Shown here: positions 49,001 through 54,300 of the stretch, piece after piece | How the letters are laid out: each line of letters starts with the position of its first letter | Position numbering within the stretch: position 1 is the stretch's first letter | NCBI GenBank assembly: GCA_044223735.1 | Contig: JBGALR010000003.1 | Location: 18,128-82,127, forward strand | Source: Limisphaerales bacterium | GTDB taxonomy: Bacteria > Verrucomicrobiota > Verrucomicrobiia > Limisphaerales > UBA8199 | Length of the DNA stretch: 64,000 bases | Direction of reading: 5' to 3' | Program-made: the position numbers and the translations under genes | Notes under the pieces: model-generated | The model's input: only the letters and a program-made list of their open reading frames with translations | The model's database searches: none | What the model was told of the DNA's origin: nothing

Positions 49001-50388
49001 ATGTCACCCCGGCCAGTTTCGCGTGTGCCAACGTTGGGGGTAACCCGGTGACGGTGGTGTTGACCGATAGTCATGGTAACAGCGCGACGAACACCACGGT
49101 GGTAACGGTGCACGATGTGACGCCGCCGGTGATCACAATTCTCGGAGCGAATCCGCTGACCAATGAATGCCACGCGGTCTTTATCGATCCGGGCGCCAAT
49201 GCCACTGACAACTGTTCCGTGGCGTTCTCCACCAACAGCATGGTCAATCCGAATTCGCCGGGAAGTTATGTGATCGCCTACATCGCGATCGATCCGAGCG
49301 GGAACTCGGTTACGAACACGCGAGCGGTTGTGATTCGGGATACCACGCCGCCTGATCTCACGGCTGGCAGCATCTCGGCATGCTATACCACGACGAACGA
49401 CGCCCAAGTGGCGGCGATCGCGGCAACCACGATTGTGGAGGCGTGCGATCCTAATCCGACAATCGTCGCCGTTACCGTGGGAACGTGCAGTGCGGTCGTC
49501 ACCGTTACAGTGACGGACGCCGCCGGCAATTCCGCCAGTGTCAATTATTCCACGCGCATCGACGATCAAGCGCCGGTGCTCGGCCTGATCACGGCCACGC
49601 AACTCTCTCTGGACGTCAAGAATTGCGTGCGGACCAACGGGCAAGGTGTGGTGAATATTTCCGTGCAGGCCAGCGATAATTGCAGCCTGGTCAACGGTCA
49701 TCCTGACATATCGCTGGTGAACGGAACGAACACGGATGTCGTCGTATTCGTCAGCGAGAGCCCGTCCAATACCTTCAATTATGTGTGGGTGGTCGCGGCT
49801 GGCACTGCGAATGGCACCTGGACAGCGACGGTGCTCGCCGCGGATCTGTGCAACACCGCGACGGCCAACTTCAGCCTGTGCGTCAACAAATCCACAGTGT
49901 CCGGCGCGGTGCAGTTGGAAAACTTCAAGGGCACCGGCACCACGCCGTTAAACAGCCGGGTCGTGACCTTTGTCGCCACGGCAGGAACCAATGTGTTGCA
50001 AACGTGGACGCTGCTGCTGACCAACGTAGCTGGCGACACCTTCAATTACTCGCTCACCGGCGTGCCGGCGGCGACCACGGGATTGAGCGCGAAGACCGCG
50101 TGGAACCTCCGCTCCAAAGTGGCGGTGGCGTTTGATATCAACAACCAGGCCACGGGGGTTAACTTTACCGGCGGGAAATTGCTGCACGGCGGCGATATCG
50201 ATTCCACGGGTCTGAGTGATAATGTCGTGAACCTGAGCGACTACCTGGTCCTCGGTAATAACTTCTTCGGCATCGTCAGCGTCACCCCGGCCGCGGCCGT
50301 GGCTGACATCGATGGAAACGGCGAGGTGGATCTGGATGATTACCTCTACATATTCGACAACTTCTTCACGTCGGGTGATCCGCAATGA
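28048..50388 (+). CDS. Giant (7446 aa) secreted multidomain protein: two autotransporter-associated beta-strand (PATR) blocks, many HYR/Ig-like repeats, about eight right-handed beta-helix regions, IPT/TIG, Ig and DUF5011-like domains, C-terminal Ig + dockerin-like module
   Basis: Uninterrupted 22.3 kb ORF with a hydrophobic N-terminal segment. PATR motifs (LTKANAGQLNLQGANDFTG, SKTGAGTVRLSGSNSYG, TKTGAGALNL). HYR motifs (FPKGTTTV..CSFVVTVTD). Beta-helix caps (VYVDD.Y..TIQ.GV.AV..GTV.VA.G.Y.E; NWWG). Paired EF-hand-like loops GDIDSTGLSDNVVNLSDY and ADIDGNGEVDLDDY at the C-terminus. No C-terminal beta-barrel. Confidence 0.9.
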   Translation: MKNQLIRGKLIAGETGCVDSRPQGLSVSPFALSLLVLMGVGVFAETPSLFAQSLYWDANNSTGGAGSTPTGIWGTDLYWNAASDGTSSPGAWVSGNIAIFSAGSDATNAFTVTLNGSQTASGVTFEEGSVTLSAGTLLLTAPASIAVNSSPTLGIIASKISGSAGLTKANAGQLNLQGANDFTGDLIVKAGSVAFDNDQSAGTGSIVLTNTATVNVTFLTTQPSVTLTNNIILQNNSHLMEFAPDTGKAMTLSGVISGSKSWSMDGLGTVTVGGTASNNFSANVSVLQGTLVVAKDAALGTAGAGTTVTNSATLAFDTGFSYTAAEPLTISGIGVGGAGALKNISGANSFAGAITLANDASIGADAGTLTLSGAISGSGKTISKTGAGTVRLSGSNSYGSTIVSNGVLQINGATTSSSVTVNSGGTLGGSGSISGTVALFGTLSPGASIAALATGAEEWKNGSVVKFEVSDADGAAGTGYDTVNITGALTLNSGVTLSIVELGSIANFNGLVQKDWTVATTTMGIVGSLAGITLDGSQFTANLHGGKFVLLTSGNNLVLRFDPAPVITSCTPINQPNDPGQCAASVSFAASATDNQPGTTFTYQTNTVTISSPALFPKGTTTVDVTATDSVGNTAVCSFVVTVTDAEAPAISFVPAAGSSSADGSCQAAVPDVTSGTLASDNCTPSGLLLKVQNPLAGTMVGLGPHTITVTVTDASGNFSTQPSTFTVNDTTSPVIATCPPDRTLAVSGSCQVALPDLTPEVVAHDNCTADNTLVITQIPTAGTLLTLGTNLVTITVKDSANNPATCVVAVNVVDTTAPVVVANPITIQLDGTGHYTLSPSDVTAMAAGSSDNCSITNRTVSPSSFTCLEVGTNTVLLVVTDGSGNSASNTTTVAVRDVTAPVAVFNTISIQLDASGNYALTPADISAISAGSTDGCSITNISVSPGAFTFCDVGPKSVTLTVTDASGNANAAVGSLTVLAPTGQPATVYVDASYGNTCSGPVTFPNSGSPGVYFLGYNAFKTVQSAINAVTNGGTVQAAAGVYAEVVSVGKSVTLLGANQGVAGCGVRGAESVINSLMVPSASPALTIAADDVSVDGFQIVGAVGVQSIGGNVGVLLQNNLVQAAGVGVNLQNFATTISKNVVARDNCISLSSQVAGGLPTVGFVLAGVTGPQAPVIFSNSVSGAFSAYTLYAVNADVPTVVRGGAISGAEQGVTVANANAFLSPGNSSPTKFGVDGVAMSGFTGSVGGPLAPLNVHAGVWVVTTGTNSADIVSGIITNVTVTGTGKVSSDSGGLVLEDFSVAGGGTRLQIAVNNSTISGNLNRGIMARGSNAVVTITGCTLASNGSDPFGAGGNDGYGIIARRNSQVTVTECFITNPSTVVAPYAVYAVSAGDDTNPLGPVMVVNNCSLDNNGNVSGKLAQQSAGVLNASGNWWGANAPATVAGAIVGDVDFTPWLDVATDIAPATSGFQGDFSVLWVSTAGVQTGSAGRVQEGHDLATGATAKVVVSAGTYTEFLSISKDGFQLAGQLNAGVDARNSRNAESVINSSDPGGVIQINANNVTVDGMRVGSSVNGIVVGASAGSASLLNDSLNGGAVGVLVNGTAAIKRCVASSPANVVGILVSGSGAKALIENNDLNGDTEAGIKVAGGAVVDAGDCSSGNITGLGSSVGGNDLSGYGFDGSAPWAIENISSTGPVLADENAFGASLGQNIGQLLLETSPVRFTQSGGLLAVAPGGVTVECPGDVPAGVTSYAGFIGLGGVVSASDATVSYVDSPLPVANGSVTRTYTLTDNCGQSTTANQIITVQDTIVPLITGTVSAQSANADATCNAVVPDVRALVRALSSDNCTAQGALTVTQSPLEGSTVSGKGSHPILVTVTDASGLFSQTTVAFTVNDVTAPVFAGCPANIIVAASGPTNVPYVPPTATDACDGSMVVTCVPPSNSVFAVGATLVTCTATDVTGNSATCTFYVTVCVPNALVTYVDDDYTGLANGTPVAWPHGSGTTNHVIGCDAWATIQGGADGVAISGTVQVAAGTYNEDVTIGKVITLQGAGAATTVLSGPIGGSTSTLALAANGVAVDGFTITRAGNNVTDWNNPGLNLAGISVQGPSQSGIVRHCVLTGNRTGIDINNADGSILQDNVITNNRTGLIFRNKTDNLTVTENQIADNWTVGIVFLDGSGLTGSPVQSAANCMFTSNNISGNWYGQIVDRQTGGALPAPGANLKNFSGNWFGTTTLVITTNNSTEPGYAVQIPVVFGGSAVAPGGQPDLAGPASANIDYTPYLDAGTDTSPAIGFQGDFSALHVTAASPQTGVAGRVQEGINLVSGSTVLVSPGTYVENDVINKKVALIGSGSGANPAVDSIITSAAPATPTIRLAVGGLSASDRMILQNLRVTGATTTGNPGSGIQFSAPGSYYTFDNVSSVGNGGNGLAQNNTGANNDIIVTGCSFSNNGEAGFRVPTAGSMDGVVISGSHMDGNVYGLETFMGNGSGSVFQNVTISGSTFNNNSSKGIYAEKIHNASLSCVTITNSGGGGSFGAGININEKYGSYASIQIIDSDIRNCGTGDAINGGGIVIEARGTGTDTNYLVNPATLVGVTLSNLNVTGCPDGIRFGEPGKSNAGPTGVLVRDCNLAGNTVNGLRNESVALTPATNNWWGSITGPGSPANAGGTGAAVSSGVTFSPWLGDSTDTVASCGFQPNGVPQYYAADHLEFFVQPGGSSLGGLLSPQPVVRVIDGNGGVAAQFSSSISIALGNNPGGGTLFGTLTLPATGGVASFSDLGISTGGGNGYTLVASSVSPIPSVTSGGFNVINPPPVISSLSPFWTRAGGSAFSLTVNGSDFVAHSVVNWNGTPRVTHYVSSSVVTADISTGDIASVGTAQVKVVNPGPGGGETAELTFRIEAAAPTVVYVDDGYVGKAVDSLVDWPCPSGVCAGTHIIGYDAFATVQGGVDAVAASGTVQVAAGNYAEDVVIGQPLSLLGPNAGINPNTGARGPEAVINPATSQPNVFAANATVVLYVDANNVTVKGFTVDGDNSALTSTYTVGSANVDAAWGIASDAAGSLNIADNIVKNIAYAGMDLENDQSDPTSGNFVQYNKFDNIGYIPDGFGIGLVLQYNFYAVISSNVMTNVRIGLQTGNYYLANPGADAAIGDNAFSATQIGIFHNLHYGSASPFTISNNAISFAYESGSVEWDGMLITSIQGNVGANVVNNIISGTTTNEMTLGYVTAGYNLWNDPTTQTVTINGGSVSNANYGVWVNNWDGYFSPGDSMKAAISGVTIAGAARAGVYVQDDPLAANGSTNTATIHGNTVITGSAIGVLVQGAHASATVINNGASIVANAVGVDVDGGAALIENNNLTGNTEAAIRIENDGIVDAGDCNGGNVTGLGTGTGLNGSSAGLNNLSGYGFDDAAPWAVENLNGSTQHDVLAYKNSFGAGGPGSDIRRVLYDSKDNVAKSAVHAADSVIALTCPPTPASVQCLADIQVAVTTIDDLYTVLGGASSTTDGLLGHNDSAPSPGPNNGTVSRTYSLTDACGQNVTCIQSLPVLDTILPTVVCKPYTNSLSGVQTTVVVSPVDVFNASASSDNCSGVVTPISVTPDTFCFAGTYPVLLTATDGNGNNNTCGTTVTIIDNRPTPTVVYVDDGYTNLTTCTAVAFPYPGSPGGPYIIGYNAFPTIQAAVNQVAIGGTVHVASGLYREDVSLGKAVSVVGAGAGSTVVEGPAGGPGSTFFFTASGIVLDGFTITRAGNNVTDWNDPNLNTGGVSIFGSGQGTVRNCVLTGNRTGIDINNVSGSVVQNNVITNNRTGLIFRNKTDNVTMTENLISDNWTVGIVFLDGSGVGTPVQSATNCTFSGNNISGNWYGQVVDRQSGGSLPAPGANLKNFSGNWFGTTTPVVTTANSAEPGYAAQIPVVFGGSATAPGGQPDLAGAASANIDYTPYLAAGTDTSATMGFQGDFSTLHVTAASPQTGATGRIQEGINLVADGGLTGGARKLLVHPGSYGEVLDYRGIWINKPLSLVGTAGAATTIINGTAQYMLMIGASDVTLDGVTVTDPTYSTGGFGGDGSGIYVDWQTPLSNVHVKNCVVRDLGDRIAGFNCGSGPNLEIDHCAIYNVNGYPTQLHVNDYNDFVAGIWVWDNGLSGGNLHDNIVSNIFPRALSTAINVSYNVAGLTVQNNQLTLGAGCTSGVRLSSSLDGGPIAVTGNTVSGSQNGLLILSTGTNTVTGNSISGAATSIYVQDGAATLKGNTASVGSGVGIWVSGATARALIENNSITGDSVAGIKVDGGATVDAGDCHDRDVTGLATGGKPNGSSLGNNDLTGYLSGSAKAIVDLNTGGQPDVLAHNNNFGQAPGDLVTTALSDLGAGNSRALATQTGGLDITCVAPISIQCPGGAPLGVIGTNVNAFDAFFALGGKSWANDGTISYVDAPVSPGPYEGAIARTYTIVDACGNSSTCVQTITVDDTIPPVVTVWPTNRTLSVNGQCTAAVPDMTGEVVATDNCSLGLISQVPPAGTLVNLGTTNILIVVADNGGNNVSSNVTLTIIDTSPSPAITYVDPAYASVPSGTVVTFPYSGGTGTHHVGCDAFPSIQAGYNRVAAAGTVYVHSGTYAEQLSLGKSALLIGPNVGKSGTDITRVTEALIIPPSILNLGGEEDETPLITITADGVSLDGFAVSGDNPSIDGLHYAGMNVEAAVGVASKGNNVVFQNNVMEKLTHTGFWSQGDVMAPHFTGMQVRNNLFRDIHDLNQLGYGYALDLQGTAATVSGNTITNVRTAMEIQPYRVVGSPTVVSNNNVSVWRLGIYYNYAEAGASAWTIISNQVVSVLPPAPPTGPVVWEGIRAETMAASGNGGTISSNLVDGTVALTDPNHVWGGFSHAVWGLHYKGGSSDSTQVYFTGNTVQNVQFGFVHDAPANIVLTGNSFSVTESAIQLQQEYSSAGNPLGSGGTGNIDATGGNIYNSVDSTTATLAQLFAIEDLVKHKVDNSALGLVRVKALNIYVTQNSGSIQRGINAASAGDTVHVAAGTFVENLALNKSLSLIGPNAGIDPNTGVRVGEATILPATAETSLQSSTSGMLIRVGTGSGHVDALIQGFTLDGHNPALTGGRILNGVEVHTGAGIANSAASFDTNPGAFNTTMTVQDNIIRNLERYGVLVDNIPSRPASAGNEVSHNQIDNLPSGNNFGGDRGRGVAFEENAYGICFSNVITRVNVGWQDDNYNEASPGSGTVVSHNFISTYHRGIFHNLQYQDATAALISDNTVTVAAGDSAATASNFGVELASIASAVGATASNNTVSNNVYGILIWNVTSTGSVLVSGGTLTSNQIGIYATSQDPQFGAANAGPGQPVVTGVTVQNATIAGIQVDASVVSVNTRVVINGNTAVSGSPLGISVKGSLAAATVINNSASITGNGVAVDVDAGKALVENNNLINNSEAGIRVENDGVVDAGDCSGGNVTGLATGTGAGGSSAGQNVLTGYGFNDAAPWAIRNLNGSAQHAVLAQNNSFGAGGAGNDIRLVLFDAKDDGSKSLVHASQPALTIACPPTPPPAQCVSSVQAAATDLDLFFSLGGASSTTDGTVGHNDSASVPGPNNGTITRTYLVSDACGHSTSCPQSLPVLDDTAPTVVCKPATVNLDGTGHGSIVPSDVYNAGSSSDNCGIVHLVSVVPNTFTFCDVGANSVTLMADDGNGNTNTCVATVTVNPPPTPTVVYVDDNYVGKPNCALVNFPDDGNAGALFIGYNAFGTLNDGIAAVAVAGTVNIAPGTYTNTVNVAKTVVVAGVTAQPTDIISLTGKISGASAWTLGKTGAGKLLVGGVNDFTGVLTINPGTVTIISDFALGDDSPASGTIVSNGATVAIDGDFDYTALEAITLNGAGDAGGAAFDSVSGDNTFAGTVLLATNSIVGTESGSLTLFGPVTGPEFSLTKTGAGALNLVFAPNVYGATHVIQGTLAAVFPADVGTGLVTVDSGAVLAGDGSAVGGVNLSGEISPGASPGSFATGAETWNGGASYDWQLNDTLGSAGNDPGWDLLNISGGLTINANAGNKFTVFISSLDPNDDLPGPAGHFSNTSEYAFPIAITTAGITGFDPAAFTIDTSAFVNGLGAHGAFVLELRNSNKELWVHFVQRPQILVGPISQTVDECSNVTFTVSATGTATLHYYWTHGASPVGGDSPLLSISGLTTGDAGIYTVVVSNYYLLTDSAVATLVITNPLPVIQCPADISQSSDAGVCTATVTLGTPLVTDNCPGTTFAGVRSDSQPLNAPYPSGLTVVTWTATDRSNLMAVCQQNVVIHDTEPPVVLTMNITVSLNATGSVAITAAQVDNGSTDNCLIATRQVFPSSFTCASVGSNLVHLVVTDSSGNSATNTAVVTVQDVTPPVVVSNPITVDLDAGGSHTLSAAEIGAIVNGSSDSCGIASTNITPNIFACANVGSNQVTVVLTDVNGNSATNTAVVTVHDVTPPVVTANPITVDLNASGNHTLSAADIAAIVSGSSDACGIAATNVTPNIFTCAEVGSNLVTVVLTDVNGNSATNTTVVTVQDVTPPVVVANPITVNLNAGGSYALSGGDIAAIVSGSSDACGVASTSVVPNSFTCANVGGNPVTVILTDVNGNSTTNSTIVTVHDVTPPVVVASPITVDLSAGGSYVLSGADIATIVSGSSDACGIAATNVTPASFACGQVGSNLVTVVLTDVNGNSATNTTVVTVHDVTAPVLVSNPITVDLNAGGSYTLGAADIAAIINGSSDTCGTATTNVTPNAFSCANVGSNQVTVVLVDVNGNSSTNTTVVTVHDVTAPVLVSNPITVNLNSGGGYTLNASDIAAIVNGSSDVCGIATTNVNPGAFSCATVGSNLVTVVLTDVNGNSATNTTVVTVHDVTPPVVAVNPITVNLDATGNYALSGVDIATIAGGSSDACGIATTNVSPNTFTCVNVGNNPVSVVLTDVNGNSATNTVIVTVQDLTPPALVVNPITVNLDGSGGYVLSAADIAAIVNGSSDACGIATTNVTPASFACANVGGNPVTVVLTDSHGNSATNTTVVTVHDVTPPVITILGANPLTNECHAVFIDPGANATDNCSVAFSTNSMVNPNSPGSYVIAYIAIDPSGNSVTNTRAVVIRDTTPPDLTAGSISACYTTTNDAQVAAIAATTIVEACDPNPTIVAVTVGTCSAVVTVTVTDAAGNSASVNYSTRIDDQAPVLGLITATQLSLDVKNCVRTNGQGVVNISVQASDNCSLVNGHPDISLVNGTNTDVVVFVSESPSNTFNYVWVVAAGTANGTWTATVLAADLCNTATANFSLCVNKSTVSGAVQLENFKGTGTTPLNSRVVTFVATAGTNVLQTWTLLLTNVAGDTFNYSLTGVPAATTGLSAKTAWNLRSKVAVAFDINNQATGVNFTGGKLLHGGDIDSTGLSDNVVNLSDYLVLGNNFFGIVSVTPAAAVADIDGNGEVDLDDYLYIFDNFFTSGDPQ
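47122..49113 (+). repeat. Eight tandem 249 bp (83 aa) HYR-like coding repeats
   Basis: Unit DVTPPVVV.NPITV.L.A.G.Y.LS..DIA.IV.GSSD.CG.A.TNVTP..F.CA.VG.N.VTVVLTDVNGNS.TNT.VVTV, with starts at 47122+249n (checked at 47122, 47371 and 49114). Confidence 0.92.
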
Positions 50389-51272
50389 AGCAGCACCAAG
50401 CGAAGAGCGCCCAAAAAAAAGCCATGAAGACCATTATGAAAAACTTGCTGAATCGAAAGACGTTCGCCGGTATCGCGGTCGCGATCCTGGTGGCGGTTCA
50501 AGTGTCGGGAGGAGCGTCGCATGCCCTGGCGTCTCAACCCGCTGGTGAGCAGGATTACACCTGGAGTTTCGGAACGGGAGCCAATCCGGCCGCGGCCGGT
50601 ATCTCCGGGGGCGGGGATCCCTCCGCCACCGCCGTGGTGACGACGGGGTTCGGCTCCATCGGCTGGCTGGCGGGCAATCCCGCCTTCGGCAGCGCGAGCG
50701 GCGTGTGGGATTTGGGGCAGAACGGCAGGATCGCCTGCACTGGCACGGCTGGTTTCACGGGAGAAACCCATCCGGCCGCCCAGTTGATCGTTCGCGTTGT
50801 GCAGTGGATTGACGGTGGCATCTACGGCGCTTTCGCCCATGTGTCCGTTTCCAACGCGACCATTGCCAGTACTAATGTCTCGGTGGTCACAGATATCAGT
50901 CCCGTCAACGGGCTGGGCTACTGGCAGATGGAGGAAACACACTGGACGGTCGGTGCCGGAGCGGCGATCAACAGCGTGATTGTCTCCAGCGCGATCCCCA
51001 GTTCGGTGATCGATTCGATCAGCGTCGTCTCCATTCCGGGCAGCCCGCTATTGCCACCCTCGCTGACGATTTCCGCCGTGGACTCGGGCAATCAGGTCAA
51101 AATCTCCTGGCCTCCCGGCTACGAATCGATGGTGCTGCAATCGAGCGGAGATCTGGGAACCTCGCAAAATTGGGAAACGGTCGTGATCCCGCCCCAGGCC
51201 GAACCGATGGGCAATTACGTAATCCTCGATGCGACCAATTCGGTGCAGTTCTTTCGCCTGAAACAACCGTGA
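50385..51272 (+). CDS. Secreted protein with one divergent copy of the unnamed 'GxWDLG' domain and a Verrucomicrobia-type C-terminal domain ending FFRL
   Basis: ATGA overlap with the giant gene. Signal peptide FAGIAVAILVAVQV..HALA. Domain YTWSFGTGANP..GVWDLGQNG..VIDSISV. C-terminus PSLTIS..VKISWP..LQSSGDL..NWETV..QFFRLKQP. Confidence 0.85.
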   Translation: MKQHQAKSAQKKAMKTIMKNLLNRKTFAGIAVAILVAVQVSGGASHALASQPAGEQDYTWSFGTGANPAAAGISGGGDPSATAVVTTGFGSIGWLAGNPAFGSASGVWDLGQNGRIACTGTAGFTGETHPAAQLIVRVVQWIDGGIYGAFAHVSVSNATIASTNVSVVTDISPVNGLGYWQMEETHWTVGAGAAINSVIVSSAIPSSVIDSISVVSIPGSPLLPPSLTISAVDSGNQVKISWPPGYESMVLQSSGDLGTSQNWETVVIPPQAEPMGNYVILDATNSVQFFRLKQP

Positions 51273-51320
51273 TTTAATGGAACACCAGACTGTGAGATCA
51301 GCACAGAAGCAGTCGTTTTT

Positions 51321-51360
51321 ACGGGGCCATTTTCCCGGGAATGGCCCTGTGGGGTTTTTT
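51321..51360 (+). terminator. GC-rich hairpin with downstream T-run inside the cluster (terminator, attenuator or mRNA stabiliser)
   Basis: ACGGGGCCATT-TTCCCGGG-AATGGCCCTGT followed by GGGGTTTTTT, lying between the stop at 51272 and the ATG at 51379. Confidence 0.55.
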
Positions 51361-51378
51361 GCGTGGCGTCGCTTGATT

Positions 51379-54300
51379 ATGCGAAATGTTTTGAAGCGGT
51401 TTGCAGGGATTGCTTTCGCGGGCGTGATTTCGCTTTTGGGCGGGTCGTTGCGAGCGGACGATTCGTTCCCGCCGTGCTGGCGGGGCGCCAGTGGCACGAC
51501 GTTTGCCAATTGGAATTTTACCACGAGTAATAATCCCGCATTGCCGGAGCAATTCACCAATCCGAACGGAATGCCGCAGGCAACGCTGACGATTGGAACG
51601 GCGGGCACGGGCTGGCGTGCCTCGGTGCTAAGCCGCACGAACGTGTGGGATCTGGGTCGAGGCGGTTTCGCGAGCGTGCCGATTGCCAATTTCGGCGGTG
51701 CCACCAATTCCTGGAAGTATGTTCAGGTGCAGGTGACCTATTTCGAGGACGGCGGGATTTATGTTGCTCCGAGTGTGGCCATCGCCGGCGCCACCTTTAT
51801 CAGCTCCCAAGTGGTGAATAATCAAACTGCCTTTCCGGGCGCGTGGAAAACCATGCAAACCGTCTGGCGCATCCAGCCCGCGCCCGCGGCGGAAACCATA
51901 CAAATCACGGGAAATCCCGCAAAGGGGCTGTTGCTCGACCAGATCATCGTCGATACGCGTTGCTCATTTCCCGGCGGGGATGTGCCGGGTTTCCAACCGT
52001 GCTGGCGGGGACAGCCGGGTTCCACTTTCGAACAATGGACATTTGGCGTGTCGAACAATCCAGCCGCCATTCCGCCGGAATTTGTCACCAACTCATATGG
52101 TGCGCCGCTTGCCAGCATTGTGCTGGGACCTTTTAGCTCGGGCTATGTGCTGGAGAATTCATTTTTGGGCTGCGTTCAGGGTATCTGGGACTTGGGGCGG
52201 AGTGGAACTTTGTCGCTCAACGTTTCGAACAATCCATCCGCTTCAGCCGGTTCGTATAAATATCTTCAACTCCAGGTTACCCAGTATCGGGATTCGATTT
52301 ACAACACGAACGCCACGGTGGCGGTCACCGGTGGAACGTTGGTGGGACGCCAGCAGCAAACGGTGCTGGCGACGAGCAACGTGCTGAGCGGCATCTGGAT
52401 CACCGAACAAACCGTCTGGCGATTGGGGCCGCCGAGTCCGTCCGTGGAGACCGTGGTTATTACCGGCGGCACGAACGGCTCCTTGATCGATCAGGTGGTG
52501 GTGGACACCATCGTGCTGGATTTTCCCTGTCCGTCCGATCAATTGCTCAGCGCGAATTCGGGCCAATGCAGCCGGAGCAATGTGACGTGGAGCGTGCCGG
52601 TCGTGGACGGATGTCTGGTCACCAACGTCGTTTCCACGCCGGCCAATGGCTCAACCTTCCCGGTGGGCACCAACCCGGTCAGCGTGGTGATCAGCGATAT
52701 CGCGGGCGGCACCAAGACCTGCAATTTCAATATTGTGGTGACGGACAATGAGGCGCCCACGGTGGTTTGTCCGGCTGACATCACAGTGTCAAAAAGCCCG
52801 ACGAACTGTGGAGCTTTCGTGAATTTTACCCCGGGCGCTTTCGATAATTGTGGTGCGGTGACGGTTAGCGCAATTCCGCCGAGTGGTTCACTCTTTCCGC
52901 CGGGAGTGACGACCGTCACCTGTGTGGCGCATGATGCCGCCGGAAACGCTTCGGCGCCTTGCACCTTTCACGTGCGGGTGATTGATTTTGGAGGAGACGC
53001 GACGGCTTACCAACCCTGCTGGCGATACGTCTCCGGCAGCACCTTCCAGGAATGGGCGTTCAGCATTTCAAACAATCCCGCCGTCGTGCCCGCCGAACTG
53101 GTTTCAAACATTTATGGCGCTCCCCTCTGCAGCATCGTCACCGGACCGTTCACGTCGGGTTATACGGACCAGAATCCGTTTTTGGGCTGCGTGCAGGGCA
53201 TCTGGGATTTGGGGCGAAGCGGAACCATGACCCTGACGGTATCCAACAACCCCGCCGCTCCGGTGGGCTCCTACAAATATCTGCTCCTGCAAGTGACGCA
53301 ATATCGTGATTCGATTTATAACACCAACGCGACTGTGGCGGTGAGCGGCGGAACGTTGGTGGGCCAGCAACAGCAAACCGTTTTGGTGACGAGCAACGTG
53401 TTAAGCGGCATCTGGATTACCGAGCAAACCGTATGGCGACTGGGGCCACCCAGTCCGGGGGTTGAAACGGTGGCAATCACCGGCGGCACGAATGGATCTC
53501 TCATCGACCAGGTGGTGGTGGACACCATGGTGCTGAATTTTCCCTGTCCATCGGATCAATTGCTCACCGCGAATTCGGGCCAGTGCAGTCGCAGCAATGT
53601 GACTTGGAGCGTGCCCGTGGTGGACGGCTGTCTGGTCACCAATGTCGTTTCCACGCCGCCGAATGGCTCGACCTTTCCGGTGGGCACCAATCTGGTAAGC
53701 GTGGTGATCAGCGATTTCGAAGGTGGGGCCAAAACGTGTAATTTCAATGTAGTCGTCACGGACAATGAGCCGCCGGTGGCACGCTGCACGAACATCGTCG
53801 TCAATCTCGACACTTTGGGGAGCGCCACGATCACGGGAGCGGATGTCGATAACGGCAGCACAGACAATTGTGGCATCGCCAGCCGTACGGTAACGCCAAG
53901 CCTGTTTACCTGTGCCAATGCGGGGCCGAATCCGGTGCTGTTGACGGTCGTGGATATTCACGGAAATAGCAACTCGTGCGCGGCGACCGTCTTCGTCCAG
54001 GATGTTCTTCCGCCGATTATTGTTTGCCCGACGAATATCGTCGTCGCCGCCGCGCCGGGAGCATGTTTCAGCAATGTGACCTTCAGCGTGGGAGCGACGG
54101 ATAACTGCGGCGTGTCAAACGTGGTTAGCGTTCCGCCCAGTGGCGCGGCGTTTCCGGTGGGAGTGACGATGGTGACCAATACCGCGACGGATATCCACGG
54201 CAACACCAGCGTCTGCACTTTCACCATCAGGGTGGTTGACGATCAGCCTCCAGCCATAACCTGCCCAAGCAATATCGTTGTGACTGCGGCGACGGGACAA

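Noticed and set aside
28048-50388. Classical type V autotransporter or T9SS cargo
   Set aside because: PATR and Bacteroidetes-style HYR repeats are present, but the C-terminus is dockerin-like. There is no beta-barrel ending in an aromatic residue and no T9SS CTD.
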